NCBI RefSeq assembly: GCF_000150275.1
Contig: NW_002060943.1
Span: forward strand, 7,448,066-7,512,065
Direction of reading: 5' to 3'
DNA: 64,000 nt
Origin: Trichoplax adhaerens
Lineage: Eukaryota; Animalia; Placozoa
Position numbers and translations under genes: made by a program. Shown one piece after another: positions 23,701 to 37,620 of the stretch (the stretch's first letter is position 1; each line of letters opens with the position of its first letter). The notes under the pieces were generated by a model. The model saw nothing but the letters and a program-made list of their open reading frames with translations. It was not told the origin of the DNA and made no database searches.

Positions 23701-24838
23701 ACAAGTAGGCGGACTCCTTCAGACGCCTTACGACCGTAACCAAAGCACATACTTGTACTTGTAAACAAACCATGAATGGAGCAGTTGTCTCTCTTAGTAA
23801 ATTCAAATCAAAGTGTACAAAATGATTGTCTGTTTTTCGCCGTGATTATACAACGGTTACACAATGCAAGACGAAAATAGCTGCTATAAATCTGTCAACA
23901 AGTAGACGTTTGTGTATTTTTATCTGAAACACAAGCAAGTTTAAGATCATGGAAACATGGCAGCGACTTTTTGGTAGCGAGAAAGAGTTGCCGTTGTCGT
24001 GATTACAGTAACAGTTTACAACGCTACACCATGACTGGAGTAACATAACTGATGGAATGAATGAATATTTGTTTGTAACAAGTACAATCAATTCGCTCTT
24101 GCAATTGAATGTTTTCTTGTGGTCGGAACAAAGCGTCAAGATGTGCAATAATGATCCTAAGCTTTCTTAGACATCCAAGCAAAATTGTTTCATGAATAAT
24201 TATAAATTAGCAGTATCATAAGACAAATGAATGAATTAAATTACAAAAATTGAACCGCTTTCTTTTATCACTATAATCTCCTCTATTAGAGTGGTGTACA
24301 TATACATGACAAAATTGATCTATGATGAATCAACTCATCATTATAACTTCTACATCATAGTACAAAGAAAAGGTATCATTCACATATAAGTAGTACGGTC
24401 AAATGATTGATAAATAGTTGATTGGCAGCCCATGCTTTCCAACTTTAATAACTGGAATATTGTAGCAAAGCTCAGCAAAAGGGTAACCTTTAACAATAAT
24501 GACTACTGAACGTGAATTGTCTTTTACCTCCTTTTATAGATAACTTTAGGTATATGTATATTACATGTTACAGCAGGGATAATTGACAAAGTCAATAGCT
24601 AGAAGGCAATGTAAGATTCTATGCTGTATATATACACAATACAATATTGAGATATTACATTTGCATTGGAAGAAAGACGTTTCACTATCCAGCTATTCTA
24701 CTCGTAGCGATGGACTACAATGTTGAAGATAGTAATTTAACGTATTTAATGTCAATTTGATAAAGCAACCACATTGTAAGCAACGGCAATCTCAAAATTT
24801 CATAATACAGATATAGTAACATTATTTACTGAGAATAC

Positions 24839-25827
24839 TTATAGACAGATGTCTTTGCCACTGAACAATTTACTATCAAATTGATGAAATCGTATGTATA
24901 AATTTTCATTGCTATCCATTAATACAGTGTAAAGCTTAACACCAACACCACAGGCCCCATGAATTGTGAAATTACCCGTGGTTCGAATCAATTCGAGATC
25001 ACCGACGTCAGACATAATCTTTCGGATTCGTTGACCATTATCCAATCTAAACGTCCATCGATGCCAAGGACACACTATACAAGGGACCAAACGTTGATCT
25101 TCACTGATTAAATTTTCGATGTCACCGAGATGCAGTGGCCCACCTAAGCATAAATAATTATATTTAGCAAGTAAAAAAAGCATACAATTTATCATCATCA
25201 ATACACGATCTGTTGATTCCCTAAAAGTAAATTTGTGGCAGAATACAGAAGGGATAACAAGTGTAAAAATTACAGTTCCATTGATAACATACAGTCTACT
25301 AAATATCTAGAGGTAACTCTAGCCCAAGTTTTTTTGTACCTAGATGAGGACATGCATCTTCTATAGCGTATACAGTCGTACCAAAGCGAAATAAAGCAAT
25401 TGTAACACAATTCACTCGAACTCTTGTTCCAAATGATTTCTTTTCCAATTTCTTCAACGATTCGGATCTGTGCAAGTCCGTGGTCATATCTATCTGCATA
25501 TTACTGCAGTCCGGTAGATCTACATATTATTTGCATACAAGGAAACTAAATACAGTATAGCATTGTGCTGGATAACACTTTTACATCTTGAAAACAGGAT
25601 ACAATGACTCCTATAATGCTTGATAATGCAGATCTTTGATCAAGTAGCTATGAATAAATTCTCTCAGATTATATCCGTATAACTACATCATATTAATTGT
25701 AGGTTGTTAAAAAATATTGATATTTCGCACAAATACTTTCTTAATGACCAGTGATTCAGTTACCTGATAGTTGAACTGCTATAGGGAAATCGAGAGTGTC
25801 AGAGTCTTGCTGGTGAGTTTTAGCCAT
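24839..25827 (-). CDS. RFESD: Rieske [2Fe-2S] domain-containing protein, ~182 aa
   Basis: Exons 25764-25827 (first exon less certain), 25340-25519 and 24839-25143 splice in frame. They reconstitute CPHL|GGPLHLGDIE...PCIVCPWH, i.e. the Rieske CxH...CxxH motif, with the RFESD-like GGPLHLGDIE stretch. Confidence 0.88.
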
Positions 25828-28800
25828 CTGGCGCAAAAGCTTCAAGTTTAGGTACAAATATGTTCAGCTACGAAAAACATCCAACTTTCCTATCAGTCTA
25901 CACGATATGATTTTAACACTTTTTAATTACGTGATGAATGAAGTATAGCATTTTGCGGTCCAAACACGTGTCATAAGTTATACTTTGCCATGCTGCACAG
26001 AGGAAGCAACTGTACATATCGATAAATTAAATTAAATCTTTAATTTGAATATACAATATATAAGCTTTCTGCACTACCAAACTGATGCTACTCTTGAATG
26101 TTGACATGGAGAGGAGTGGGAATAAAGTGTCAAACGTGCATTTAAAACGATTGTACAGATTCATAGCTTTTTACTTATAACACAGAAAAGTCAATAAAAG
26201 GCGATAAATTTCATTAGCAATACAATCTAAAGACTGTAAGGCTCCTGTACTAACAGATTAATGTTATTTATACTCAGTAAACAGCAACTCTGAATATTCG
26301 CTACCCTCTGCAAGTCAAAGACGATTAGTAATTATAATTATGGATAAATTCTATTGTATAAGCTTAACAATTTAGAGCTGTCCACTGTCTAGAATTATTT
26401 CGATATGGAATTGTCCAAATGGAACTTATTTAATTAACTAGGTGTATTCTGGACAGCTCTACTGAACATGCCTTAACGTACAGTACATCTGGCTCCTGCA
26501 GTCGTCTATGGATAATATAATCTATCGTTTTAAGTTGACTACGCAACAAGTCTACGAGAAGAGTATTTACTTGTAATTACACATGTTTGACAATTCACCA
26601 AGCACAGCTGTGTAGTGGGAAAGTGATCGTAAAACCTCTAACTTAAAAACATTCACTATTAGCCATAATAAATAAATTATAATTAATTACAACATAATGC
26701 ATCATAAAATAGGCTTACTTCAGTCTACATCGAATAAAATCAAATTAAAGAACAATACACTCATTTCGGAGCATTTCCATACTACAGTATTTCATAAGGT
26801 ATGCACAATATTGTACTGTATGCTGGACATAATGAAACGAGTGATAACAAGAAATTACCGATTTACCTTTACCTCCTACTGTAAGAACACCTTGGTTTGC
26901 TGCGAGTATTTTTCAATTAAATACTATACATAATATAGTTTACAGCACAGTATTAATGAAGTAGAGTATATTGACGTCCTAGGAATAACATTTTACTACC
27001 GTAATGCCCTGCTAAGCAATTACAGCATTCCTTTATATTTCCTGTTACACGGTAATGCAGAGAAGAAAATGAAAAATTTCCCTATCCAGCAGACTAGTAA
27101 ACTAATAACTTATTTCTTTGACTAAGTACATTTTGCCTTTTATTTTCATATAAGATTGAAGAGATAGCGCGCTATCGCTAGCATTCAACTTGTTGATATG
27201 ATTCAGCGAAGCAGACGCTAGACGCCACAGCGGCTAGACAGCCACCAGACAAGAAATTGCACTCTAGTTCTCTATTCGCTATTTCAATGTGCTGAATAAA
27301 TGGAGGAGAGTCTGGATGAGCTGTCTACGAGAGCTTGATCAAGGTAAAAAGATAAGAATGTTGGCCTTAATTTAATTAAATTAAAATGCCAAATCATAAG
27401 AATGCTATAATATCTTTTGCCGAAGCTGTGGAGCTGTGACACTGGTAAAAAGTTAGCTACGTACAGTCAAATTCGTGATCGAAGTATTCGTATAAAATAA
27501 AATAAAATGACCCCACATTTCTTCAAAAGCAAAAAATTATCCCATAAACCCTACTTCAGGTCATGGTAAAATCGAAGCAGCTTTGGTCGTCAAGGACGTA
27601 CTGTAAATTACTTGAACAGGGAATGTGGGCGTGCTGTACTGTATGTGTACAAAAGCTGAATTAAAAACACCCTATTTGAGTTACAGTATGCGAATTTTTT
27701 TATCAGAGAAAAGTTTTTACAGATTAGAGGTACTGAATCAAGCCGGCATATGGTCTCCAACTTTGGCCCTAATGGTAAATTACTGCAGCAAAGATTGATT
27801 CAATGCAACTGCAAATATTAAAATGTTGCTGCTGCAAGGGCGCTGTCAGTAAATTTGTTAAACATCTCCAGCTTACAGAGTTGTACAATTTGAATTGGCC
27901 TTCAAAGTCGGGATTTTATTGGTAACTACTCAGGGGAAATCTTGCTATTTCTACTGCATTCTCTGACGGTAACTTAAATATGGGATGGATCTGTCACTGT
28001 AAATAAGACTAAAAGAGATACAGGATAAAATTGCATGCTTAAAATATAAAAGTAATGATATTAATTAATTTTAAAGGTTAGTAACTTCATACGTACTGTA
28101 TACTCATAGTCTGGAACTGAGAGTAGCTCGCAGAAAAGTACTAGAAGGCAAAGCTTCTATATCGGAAAATCTGGATCGGAGCTGATATCGATAGGACAAA
28201 AATGGAAGGATAGGGCTAATTCTGGCCGATGATGATCATTGATTATCAGCGACAACTGTGCGATAGCAAGCAACACATGTGTCTAAGCTCGTTTACCAAC
28301 TACTACTAAAAGTTTTTTACAAATAAAAAATGTAAACTTTAAACTGCAACATGCAGTGTTTAATGACCCACATGCTCCATGCGGTCAGATCAATAAGAAT
28401 CTGGGACAAATCTACAAAAATACCCGATAAGTCAATATTGCTTTATGAAAATAATAAGAAATGGAATAAATTAATTTTTAATCTATCATTACCATACTGG
28501 AGGTAAATTAAAATCAGATCAAATTCTTGTTGCTATCATGATTTGTGGGGTCGATTTCACAACCGGCTTTTATGAATTCTTAAAAAATGATGACAAACAT
28601 TCGATAGGATTAAACGTTGCCGTATGCCAATTCATCGACTAATGATAATAAAACGCATATAGCGCGGGAAATCCTATTACTGGCTAATGTACACTTAGTG
28701 TACAGCATCAAAATAAAGTTTGCCGTGCCAATATGCGGTATATTGATCACTGCTACAAGATTTTTTTGCTGTTAGTTTAGATCACTTGGCTAAAAGGCTT

Positions 28801-30334
28801 TACAGAACAATAATGTTTCAGTGAGTAATTTACTGTCGATTAATTTATACTGTAGCTTACTGCTTTTTAGTTCATTAATTATTACGGCAAGTACAGTACA
28901 TTGCTAGGAACAATTTTGGAAGCTATCAATAGAAATCATTGGCAAATATCTTAATATGGAAACATGATGTGATACTTGGGATTTTTCTCCTTAAATCGCT
29001 AAGCATATAAAATAAATCTAGGGAAAATTAACGATATGCCACTATAAAATTTAAAATTTAACTTCAATTTTGAACCGTCAGCTACTCTGCTGTCCTAAAG
29101 ACTGGCAAATAAAAATTTTAACGACTGAATCAATAGGACTTTCTAAATTACTTATTGGGCTTTCCTTAGTAACTGCATAAATCGTCATGGTGGTGGCATA
29201 ATAATAGCAAATATAAACTCACTATGCCAGACATGAGGTGATCCAATTCAGCTACCGAGAAGTATCGGTTCCAATCTATTCGAATCAGTACTGCAATAAT
29301 GGTTATTTTGAACGCCTATTTCACAAATAAATCATCTAAGCGTGTTGTAGACAATCAGTACCATCGTGCTAAAAGTGTATGTGGATTTATCGATGGCCAT
29401 TTGCGTTAAGAGGATTTCATCTTCATTTCTATAGCAATGAATTATTAACTAGATCGCATAGGCATACAAATTACCGTTTTGACTAGCATTCGACTGGAAA
29501 TACTTGAAACAGTATACTGAATTGTGCTCAATTTGTTTTCAAATACGAATTACATTTAAGAAATGCTCGAGTAATTAATATATATCTATATATATATAAT
29601 AAATTATATTACTACTAACGTTATTGAAGAAAAGCAAAGACGATTGATCCAGTATTCACCTTTTAGTTACATCATTTATTTTAGAAGGTTATCCATTCAA
29701 ACTTTTTGAATAGATTTCAGACAATCTACAAATTAGTCTCAAATTGTATGAGATTTGTTGAATCACTAAAATGTAAAATTGAGATAACCCTATATTATAT
29801 CAATATACTCAGTACCGAGTACTTGGTTATGTTACAATCTATAATACTCGTATAAATATACAAAGTGCATTAATTATATATTATAGATGCACATTCCTCT
29901 ATCATCGGCGACGAAAGAGGTAAGATAGGGCAAGCGTATGCCTTAGACCAATCATTAATATAAAACAGCTATCTCTATGCATGTATAAATAATTTATAGC
30001 TGTAAAATATAGTTTCCTTTTTCTGCCTTCCAAGAGTGAATTGATTAAAATTCGAGCAGGATTGAAACCAATGATAAATAATTATAACATGTATATATAC
30101 TGTACAGTATACAGCCTGATATTCATGAAAATCACTGGATTTAAAATCAAGGTTAATATCGTATAATACAAAGCTGACAAGATCAATAGAAGCAAGTCTA
30201 ATGAATTATGTATTATAAGAGGTACAATGTAATATTAACAAATCTTGGCCAACATGATTTTAATTTCTAATATAGTACACAAGGGGAAAATAGGTTAATT
30301 AGGATGAAGAAAGTTAATAAGCATTTCCAACCAA

Positions 30335-33300
30335 TTAAATACTATATACTTCGCTGGAAATTTTGTCATATAAGGCTTTAGAAGCGCTACTTGTATTTCG
30401 ATTTTGGTAAATAGATCCTAAACTACCCTGAATTTTTGACAATCTAACATTTGTTTTAGTGATATCATCAGCTATTACATCGTCTTCCGCATCATCATAC
30501 CCATACGCTACGTTATCTGATCTCATGCCTCGTTGGCGCCTTCTTAAATAAGGTCGGATGCCATTATCATCAGCATTATAGCTACTTATGCTAGCACTAT
30601 CTTCATCACCAACGATAATTTGCGGGCGTAGAAATTTTTGCCTAATTTTGTCGTTAATTAAACTATTCGATGACGTTCGAGATCGACGAATAGGTTCTAA
30701 ATCATTACCATTATTTTCGTTACTATTGACTCCACTATCACTAGTTGGTGTTGCTAGCCCCTGGCGCAAATCTTGAACTCGTTGTCTAAACCGTTGTAAA
30801 GTAGAACTACTCTCCCTGGGAATAGCATCGTCCAAAGGTTGTTCCTTAGTTGTGGTGTGATGTATTTTTGTAGAATTGGAAGAAGTAAAGCTTAAAAAGA
30901 GAGAGGAAGGTCCAGGAGCTGGTGTCGATAATCGATCTGATGTTTCCCTCTGCCTATTGATACTATCGGCTTGGCCAGGCCATTTCGCCCACCCAGATGA
31001 TCCTTTCTTTGTCGCTGGCATTTGTGCTAAATCATGACCTTTGATTTTAAGCAATGTTTCATTGAGAGTCATCGATTTAAATCCTTGCCAGTTTTCAAAT
31101 TCAGTGTAGCGTCGACATAGTTCTTCATTGCTAGTCAACCTACCGATAAATATGATCAAATAGGAGATCAAATTGGAGCTACAACTAATTATTGATCCAA
31201 CTATTGCTAAGTTTAAATTAACAAGCGCTGCATCATTATGTCTAATAGCTAATATTGCCTTAACGTTGATTGCATTTATATCACTACATAATAAAGTTTG
31301 GTCTTAATAATTTCTTACATGATAGGATTCTTGGATTCCAATTTAATGATATTCAACCACCCTGAAGGTGCCATAAGTTTTAGCCTTTTCTTTGATATTC
31401 GTAATATTTTTGCACCGGCACTGACTAATGTAAATCCAGGGGCATTTTCGTCAGATAACGTCAATAAATCCTTTGAATAATATTAGATAAAATTAAATTA
31501 GTCATTTATAGCTTCTTAATTGCATAAATAAATCATTCCTTAATTGGTAAGCGATAGAACAACAAAAATCATATTATCAATGTTAAAATGCAATTGACAA
31601 TCAACATATTACATATTGAAAATTTTTTCTACATTTTTAAATAACAGATTACTTTTCATGATAGACATTTAGTGTTTTGCAATGCATAGTCGGAAAATGA
31701 TATGTACAAGAATTTAACTTACACATGCATCGCCACGTTTTAAACTCCCAACATAAAGTAAGACTTTAGAGTTCAAGTGAGATTTTGTTCCTGTTTTCAC
31801 TGATGCCGAAAGTGGGGTGTTGAGACGCTGCCCTGGCTGGATACAAGGTTTTTTAACTTCTTTGGGAACTTTATTTAAATCAACTTCTCTTAGGCAATCA
31901 CATTTCCCCTACCATTCATTAAAATGACAATATCGCAAATAAATCAATCACCAACATATTAAAATGATATTCACAATAATTAATAGGCTGGCTATTTTTA
32001 TAACTATTTAATGATTCTATTTATTATAAATTAAACGTAAAATAATTAATTTAATTTATTTTATGTAACAAACCTCCATAAGAAAGTTAATTGATAACGA
32101 TGATGTCGTATTGCAATCAATGATTTTTCCATGTTTGTACTAAAAAATTTAAGGATATCATTTTATAATCAACAAATTAAATTCACAATCATTAAATTAA
32201 AGCTCTCATTAGCAAGAACACAGTGATTAGAATGGTGTAAAGGATAATTAATTACAATGATAACCAATGCTACTTCAATAGCAGTTTTCGACTACTAATC
32301 TAGTAAAGGAATACCTCGCGCAATTGTGCTTCAAAGCATATTTCGCTTAATAATTCATCAGACCAATCATTAAATATCTTAAACAACCTGCAAGAAATTA
32401 TAAAACTGGGGTTAGTGTTTCTTGAAGTAATAAAGTATGCATGATACTACCCATAGTATACCTTGTCTTTTCGATCTTAGCCTCATGTTCGCGTAAAAAT
32501 TCATCAGCGCAATACTTTTGAAAGATTCTATCGTCGATGGAGAGTAGTTCTACGTTTTCTCTTGCTTTTACAGTAGCGGTTCGTCGTTTGGTTTTCGATA
32601 TCAATGCAAGTTCCTTTAACAGACCAGTAGTAATATAATTTATTAATTATTTCATTCCTTATAGACAAGGATCGTACTATTATAAATTGGTTACTAGTGA
32701 TTGTATCACCAACTTACCCCAAAAGAAACACCAGAGGTGAGAATATTCTCCATTCTACTATAAGTTTTTCCTTTCGAATCTGGTTCTTCAATGGATACTG
32801 ATAAGGAGCCATGAAATATCATATAAAAGCAGAATCCCTCGTGGCCTTGTCTCAGAACGACTCGCCCTTCTTCATATCTGCAATAATGAGAATATTCCAT
32901 AGGTCATTACCACAATCGCCGAATCACACACCTTTGAAGGAATTATATCTACTTTGCGCTACTATTATGTCAAGTTATTACCTGCAAAATTCAAAGTGGC
33001 GTACCAATTCCATTTGCACATGATTAGGAAATCGATCGAAACAGCCAAGACCTCGAAATAAATTTCTTAAATTTAATAGATCTGTATGTGAACGTGATTC
33101 GGGTGCTGACCACAATACACTTCTTGCCCATTGAGGCATATGCATCTATAATATTTCAAAAGTAGAATAAGATACAGTAGAGCAGATTATCCTAGCATAA
33201 AGTGGTATATCGTAACTATTTATTCTTCATCGGCAAATACTAAGATGGAGCTATCTACTTACAGTTCGAGACCGAGCATATTCTTTTTTACTAAAGGCTA

Positions 33301-34543
33301 ATGATTTTGATCTTCTATTACCATTGTCCACAGTATAATAGTTAAGGTCAATAAACGATGAACTATTATTCTTAAATGCATATTCTTTCATGCCTGTACA
33401 GACACGAATGAACAATCTCACGATACGACATAGTTTGATAAATTTTACGCGTACCTAGACAGTAAGAAGCAAATGTGTGATTCAGTTAAATTTTAAATTA
33501 CTAATCATAAATGTAGTTTTGTAAATATAATATTTACATCTTTTATAGCAAATCAGGCGGTAGTAAAATGTATTCAAATTTTTAATATTGTAAAGGTATC
33601 AATGTTAAATTTTAGCGGTTGAAGGAAGTGGAAAGTGTTGAAATAGAATTACTCTAAGAATATTCGCGTAGCTGCGCAATTTACGTTCTAGTTGTGCTAT
33701 TTGTGAAAAGGATTGGCCTACAAAGAATATGCCTTTTGTCCTCTAAATAAGCCGTACCGGGTTTAAGCGTGTTTCAATTTCATCGGCATTTTTGCAACCG
33801 TTAGGATCCTCTTTCTTGTCTGCAGCTTCCACTTTATCAGCCCAAGTAGCTAAGCTACGTAAATACCTATCACTAATATTCGTTCCATTTGTATAGGAAG
33901 AAATTTTTCTTCTCGAGGAATTCTTCTTGTCTTCTCCGGCTGTAGTGTGTGATATTCGTCTATTTGATTTATTTTGATCCTTTCTAGATGATTCGGTCAA
34001 TGATACTCTTCCACGTTTTGTCATAGATAGCGAATCGGTACTATTATTAGCACGATCTCCAAAATTAAAACGTTTCTGAGTTGTTTCATCAAATTTAGGC
34101 AATGGAGTCATTAATACTGCTGCAGGAGAAGGCCTTCGATCAATTGGTGTAGTGCTCGAGCTTGAACCAACGCTGGTTCTTTTATTGTGAAATGTGGATA
34201 CAGGTAGACCAGCATCATTAACATCGATGGTCATAACACGTCTACCTCGTTTTCGATCGAAATGTAATTGTAATTCTTTCTTTTGATCACCAAAGGATTG
34301 ACTTTTTCTAAGTGGATGATTTCTATAGCCGGCATAACTTTCATCGACTTCTTGTAATTGTATTACTTGATCCTCTTCATCTTGATCATAATCTTGATCG
34401 ACCGAGTAGATGCTGTTTTCAGAATTAAAATTTGTAAAAGTGGATTGAAAGCACGATCCTGCTGTTCTAGGCCGTTGTCTCGAAGTTTTAATATCTGTTA
34501 GTAGTTTTGACAATGTATTTTGAGAATTTTTTGTACTATTCAT
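30335..34543 (-). CDS. Cyclic nucleotide-binding domain protein (CNBD2/CRIS-like), ~911 aa, with long disordered N- and C-termini
   Basis: 10 phase-consistent exons: 33758-34543, 33263-33454, 32982-33145, 32718-32877, 32462-32613, 32315-32387, 32074-32139, 31723-31908, 31319-31470, 30335-31139. The first CNB domain reads VVLRQGHEGFCFYMIFHGSL...GVSFG|ELALISKTKRRTATV. A second, degenerate CNB-like region follows. No kinase, channel or GEF domain is seen. Confidence 0.85.
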
Positions 34544-35021
34544 ATTGTAGGATTAATCTTCTTGTCTAATGAATAAAATTAGACCTTTCTTACGAAGTCC
34601 TAAGCGACATTGATACCCAATGAACTATCCAAATTATCTATCAATCTCCTTAGTTAGCAATAAAAAGTGCAAACCTTGTACAACACTTATGATAGCTTCG
34701 AAATGGATCACTCAATTGCAACATCCATCAAGAACCCTCATGTGTATATTCTTTCTCAAATTTGCCAGTATTAAAAGTTAAGATTCTTGAAAAGATACTT
34801 TATGATAATACCAATAAGTTTTCTGGTGGATACAGATGCTATTGATAATTGAATGGTTTTAAAATCATTTTCCATGTAAGGTTTCCAACTGCGATGATAT
34901 TTTTCATCTTGTTAATTAATTCTATTACATTCACAACGGTCCTTGGTGTCCACAATAACAACTCGAAATCTGTGAGAGCAACAAGTTACTATATGAAATC
35001 ATTATTCACCTATTGTACTTG

Positions 35022-35035
35022 GTTGCAATGGCAAC
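35022..35035. promoter_or_regulatory. RFX X-box upstream of the CNBD2-like gene
   Basis: GTTGCAATGGCAAC is a 13/14 match to the palindromic X-box GTTGCCATGGCAAC. It lies ~480 bp upstream of the ATG at 34543. Confidence 0.65.
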
Positions 35036-36439
35036 GTTTTTTCTATTCTCATTTAAATTATATATTTATATATGCGTTTTATTGGCTTAAGCTTAGCCTT
35101 ATTCTAGAGCAATAAATTGTCTGTTCTTTAACCTTGCTCTAATATGTTAATTTCGATTCAATCTATCCACTGAATATTAATAGTATCATTTTATGATAGA
35201 AAAGCATCCAATTGTTCATCTATTTCAACAGTTGACTGAATCAGAATGAATCTGATGAATATTAATAGATACTTTTAATAGCGTTGTATTGTATAATATA
35301 GGATGAGTACCATTATAACAAATTAGCTACTAGTTAAAACTGTTCTCGAATATGTTGGCAGCAGTTTATTAATTTTAGGGTTGATGCTAATACTTATGTA
35401 ACAATTTTTAGTAAATTTATTGTCCAGACACTATCAAGCGATCATGGCAAGCAATCTTAATTACGTTTTGTTGCCTATAGAATGCAAAATCATCTATTTT
35501 CAGCGATAGAACGTTCTATACTTTGATTTTCTTATTATCATCTTATACTCAAATTAGTAGCTACCACACTGTTCTCTATGTTCATTCGACTTCGGCAGCG
35601 TCGGAAAGGTAGATTATTCAATCAAGTAGTTATCAAAATAGCAGAACCTACGTTATTACTCAAGTACTGTACGAGTATATACAGAGGATTGCAGGCAATA
35701 ATTTATACCGGATAACGAGATTTTAATTTGCATGCTGTAAGCGTTTCATGCTGTTTACTTTAATTGCCCAATTAGTCTGATCAGTAAACTAAAATATCAA
35801 ATACGGCAGTTGTCAATTGCCCTATAATTAAAATGAATAACAGCGTGATATCATTTCATTGGTGTTTATTGCACGATAGAATGGGCTGAAATCGCCGTCA
35901 TTCGTTGTTTACCATATCTAAGTTTTACGGGTAAAGATAAACCGCTGTGATCTTGCTAATTCATTTATTGCTGAAATAGGACAATGACTGTCTTAATTTA
36001 AAATTTATAAATAATCACCAGAATAGAAGACAAAAACGTTATTAGCTAATAATAATTTAATCTACCGCAATACAATAGAAATAATAGACTGCTACTGATA
36101 CAGGGCGTCGTGCATGATGGTTAACACCAGTAACAAAGAGCATTCCTTAATAAGTTGGATGATGACTGCGGATTGGACTTTGTAGTAGAAACAGTTGTCC
36201 ATTGTAAAGAAATTATAGCGGCTAGAAGAGAAGTCTAGACGTTAATTTCATGGTTTCAAGATAGAAAAGATACTGTTGGTAAATCATTATTACAATATTG
36301 TTAGGTCAGATCCTCGCATTGAAGACAGTTTAAAATCATTGAGAACAACTAATTTCATCAACCTCAAACAAAGAAATTCTTACCAAAAGAACATCTATTG
36401 CTAAAGTAACCTGATAATACACCTATAACAATATACTGG

Positions 36440-37620
36440 TATAGCATAGAAAAGTATCGTAATCCTAATTTAATACATAAAAACTATACAGAGATGGAAT
36501 AAATTTTAGATGATTGCGTCTATTAGTTGAACATACTAATAGTTCATTTATAATAATATTCGTAGTCTACAAGCAAAGCATTTATACTAATAAGTTATTA
36601 CAGATGCATTAGTCTGGCATCGATTGTTGAATTACTATCCATATAGTATGCGAATGTATCGTAATCCGAAGTTAACAGATGAAAATTACGCAGAAATGGA
36701 ATATATCTTTAGGTGATTACGTCTATTACTTAAGCACACTAATAATTCATTTATTATAATTTATTAGTCTGCATGCAAAGCTTCATACTACCGGTAATAT
36801 ATTATTAAAGATGTATTAGTCTGTGAATCGATTGTTGAATCACTATCCGTATAGCATACAAAAGTACCGTAATCCGAAGCTAACAGATGGAAGCTACGCA
36901 GACATGGAATACGTTTTTAGATGGTTACATCTATTGATACATTTAATAAAAATGTATTACGTCTGTTGCTTGAACAAGTTAATAATTCGTTTATAATAAT
37001 TTACTAGTCTGCAGGCGAAGCTTTTATTCTATCGATAATATGTCATTACAGATGCATTAGTCTAGGTATCGATAATTGAATTACTATCTATAATTCCATG
37101 TAACATATAAATGTATCGTGATCTGGAGTTAACAGATGGAACTTCGCAGAGATGGAACCCATTATAGATGATTATATCTATTGATACATTTAAAAATGTA
37201 TTATATTTGTTGCTTGAACACGCTAACATGCTAATATTTCGTATATAATAATTTACTAGTCTGCAGACGAAGCTTTTACACTATATATTAATTATTTATT
37301 ACAGATGCATTAATCTGGGTATGGATTGTTGAATTACTATCCATATACCGTACATTAATACATAAAAGCTACGTAGAGATGCGGTATATTCTTAGATAAT
37401 TAAATCGATAGTGCCAGTAAGCAAAAAATCTATCTATAATAATATGCTAGTATCCATGCAAAGCCTTGCAGTAATATGTCGTATTATTATAGATGCGTTA
37501 GTCTAGACATTGATAGTTGAATTACTATACATATAGCATATCAATGTACCAGTAATTCGAAATTAATAAGGGATATAAACCACGTAGAGATGACGGTACA
37601 CTCTTAGATAATTACGTCTA
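36440..37620. repeat. Degenerate tandem array, ~6 units of ~200-250 bp
   Basis: Recurring blocks ACAGATGCATTAGTCT, TTGTTGAATTACTATC and CGTAATCCGAAG.TAACAGATG, with an AGA.ATGG(AA) marker at ~36490, 36692, 36900, 37148, 37375 and 37586. Confidence 0.85.

Noticed and set aside
23741-24148. 100-aa minus-strand ORF and a partial inverted repeat (TTGTACTTGT..AAACAAA)
   Set aside because: The ORF has a non-ATG start and no domain, and the inverted similarity is short and gapped in AT-rich DNA.
33650-33717. Possible extra CNBD exon after the large first exon
   Set aside because: It would need a 40-nt intron and has a stop in the required phase. The direct splice from 33758 to 33454 is in frame.
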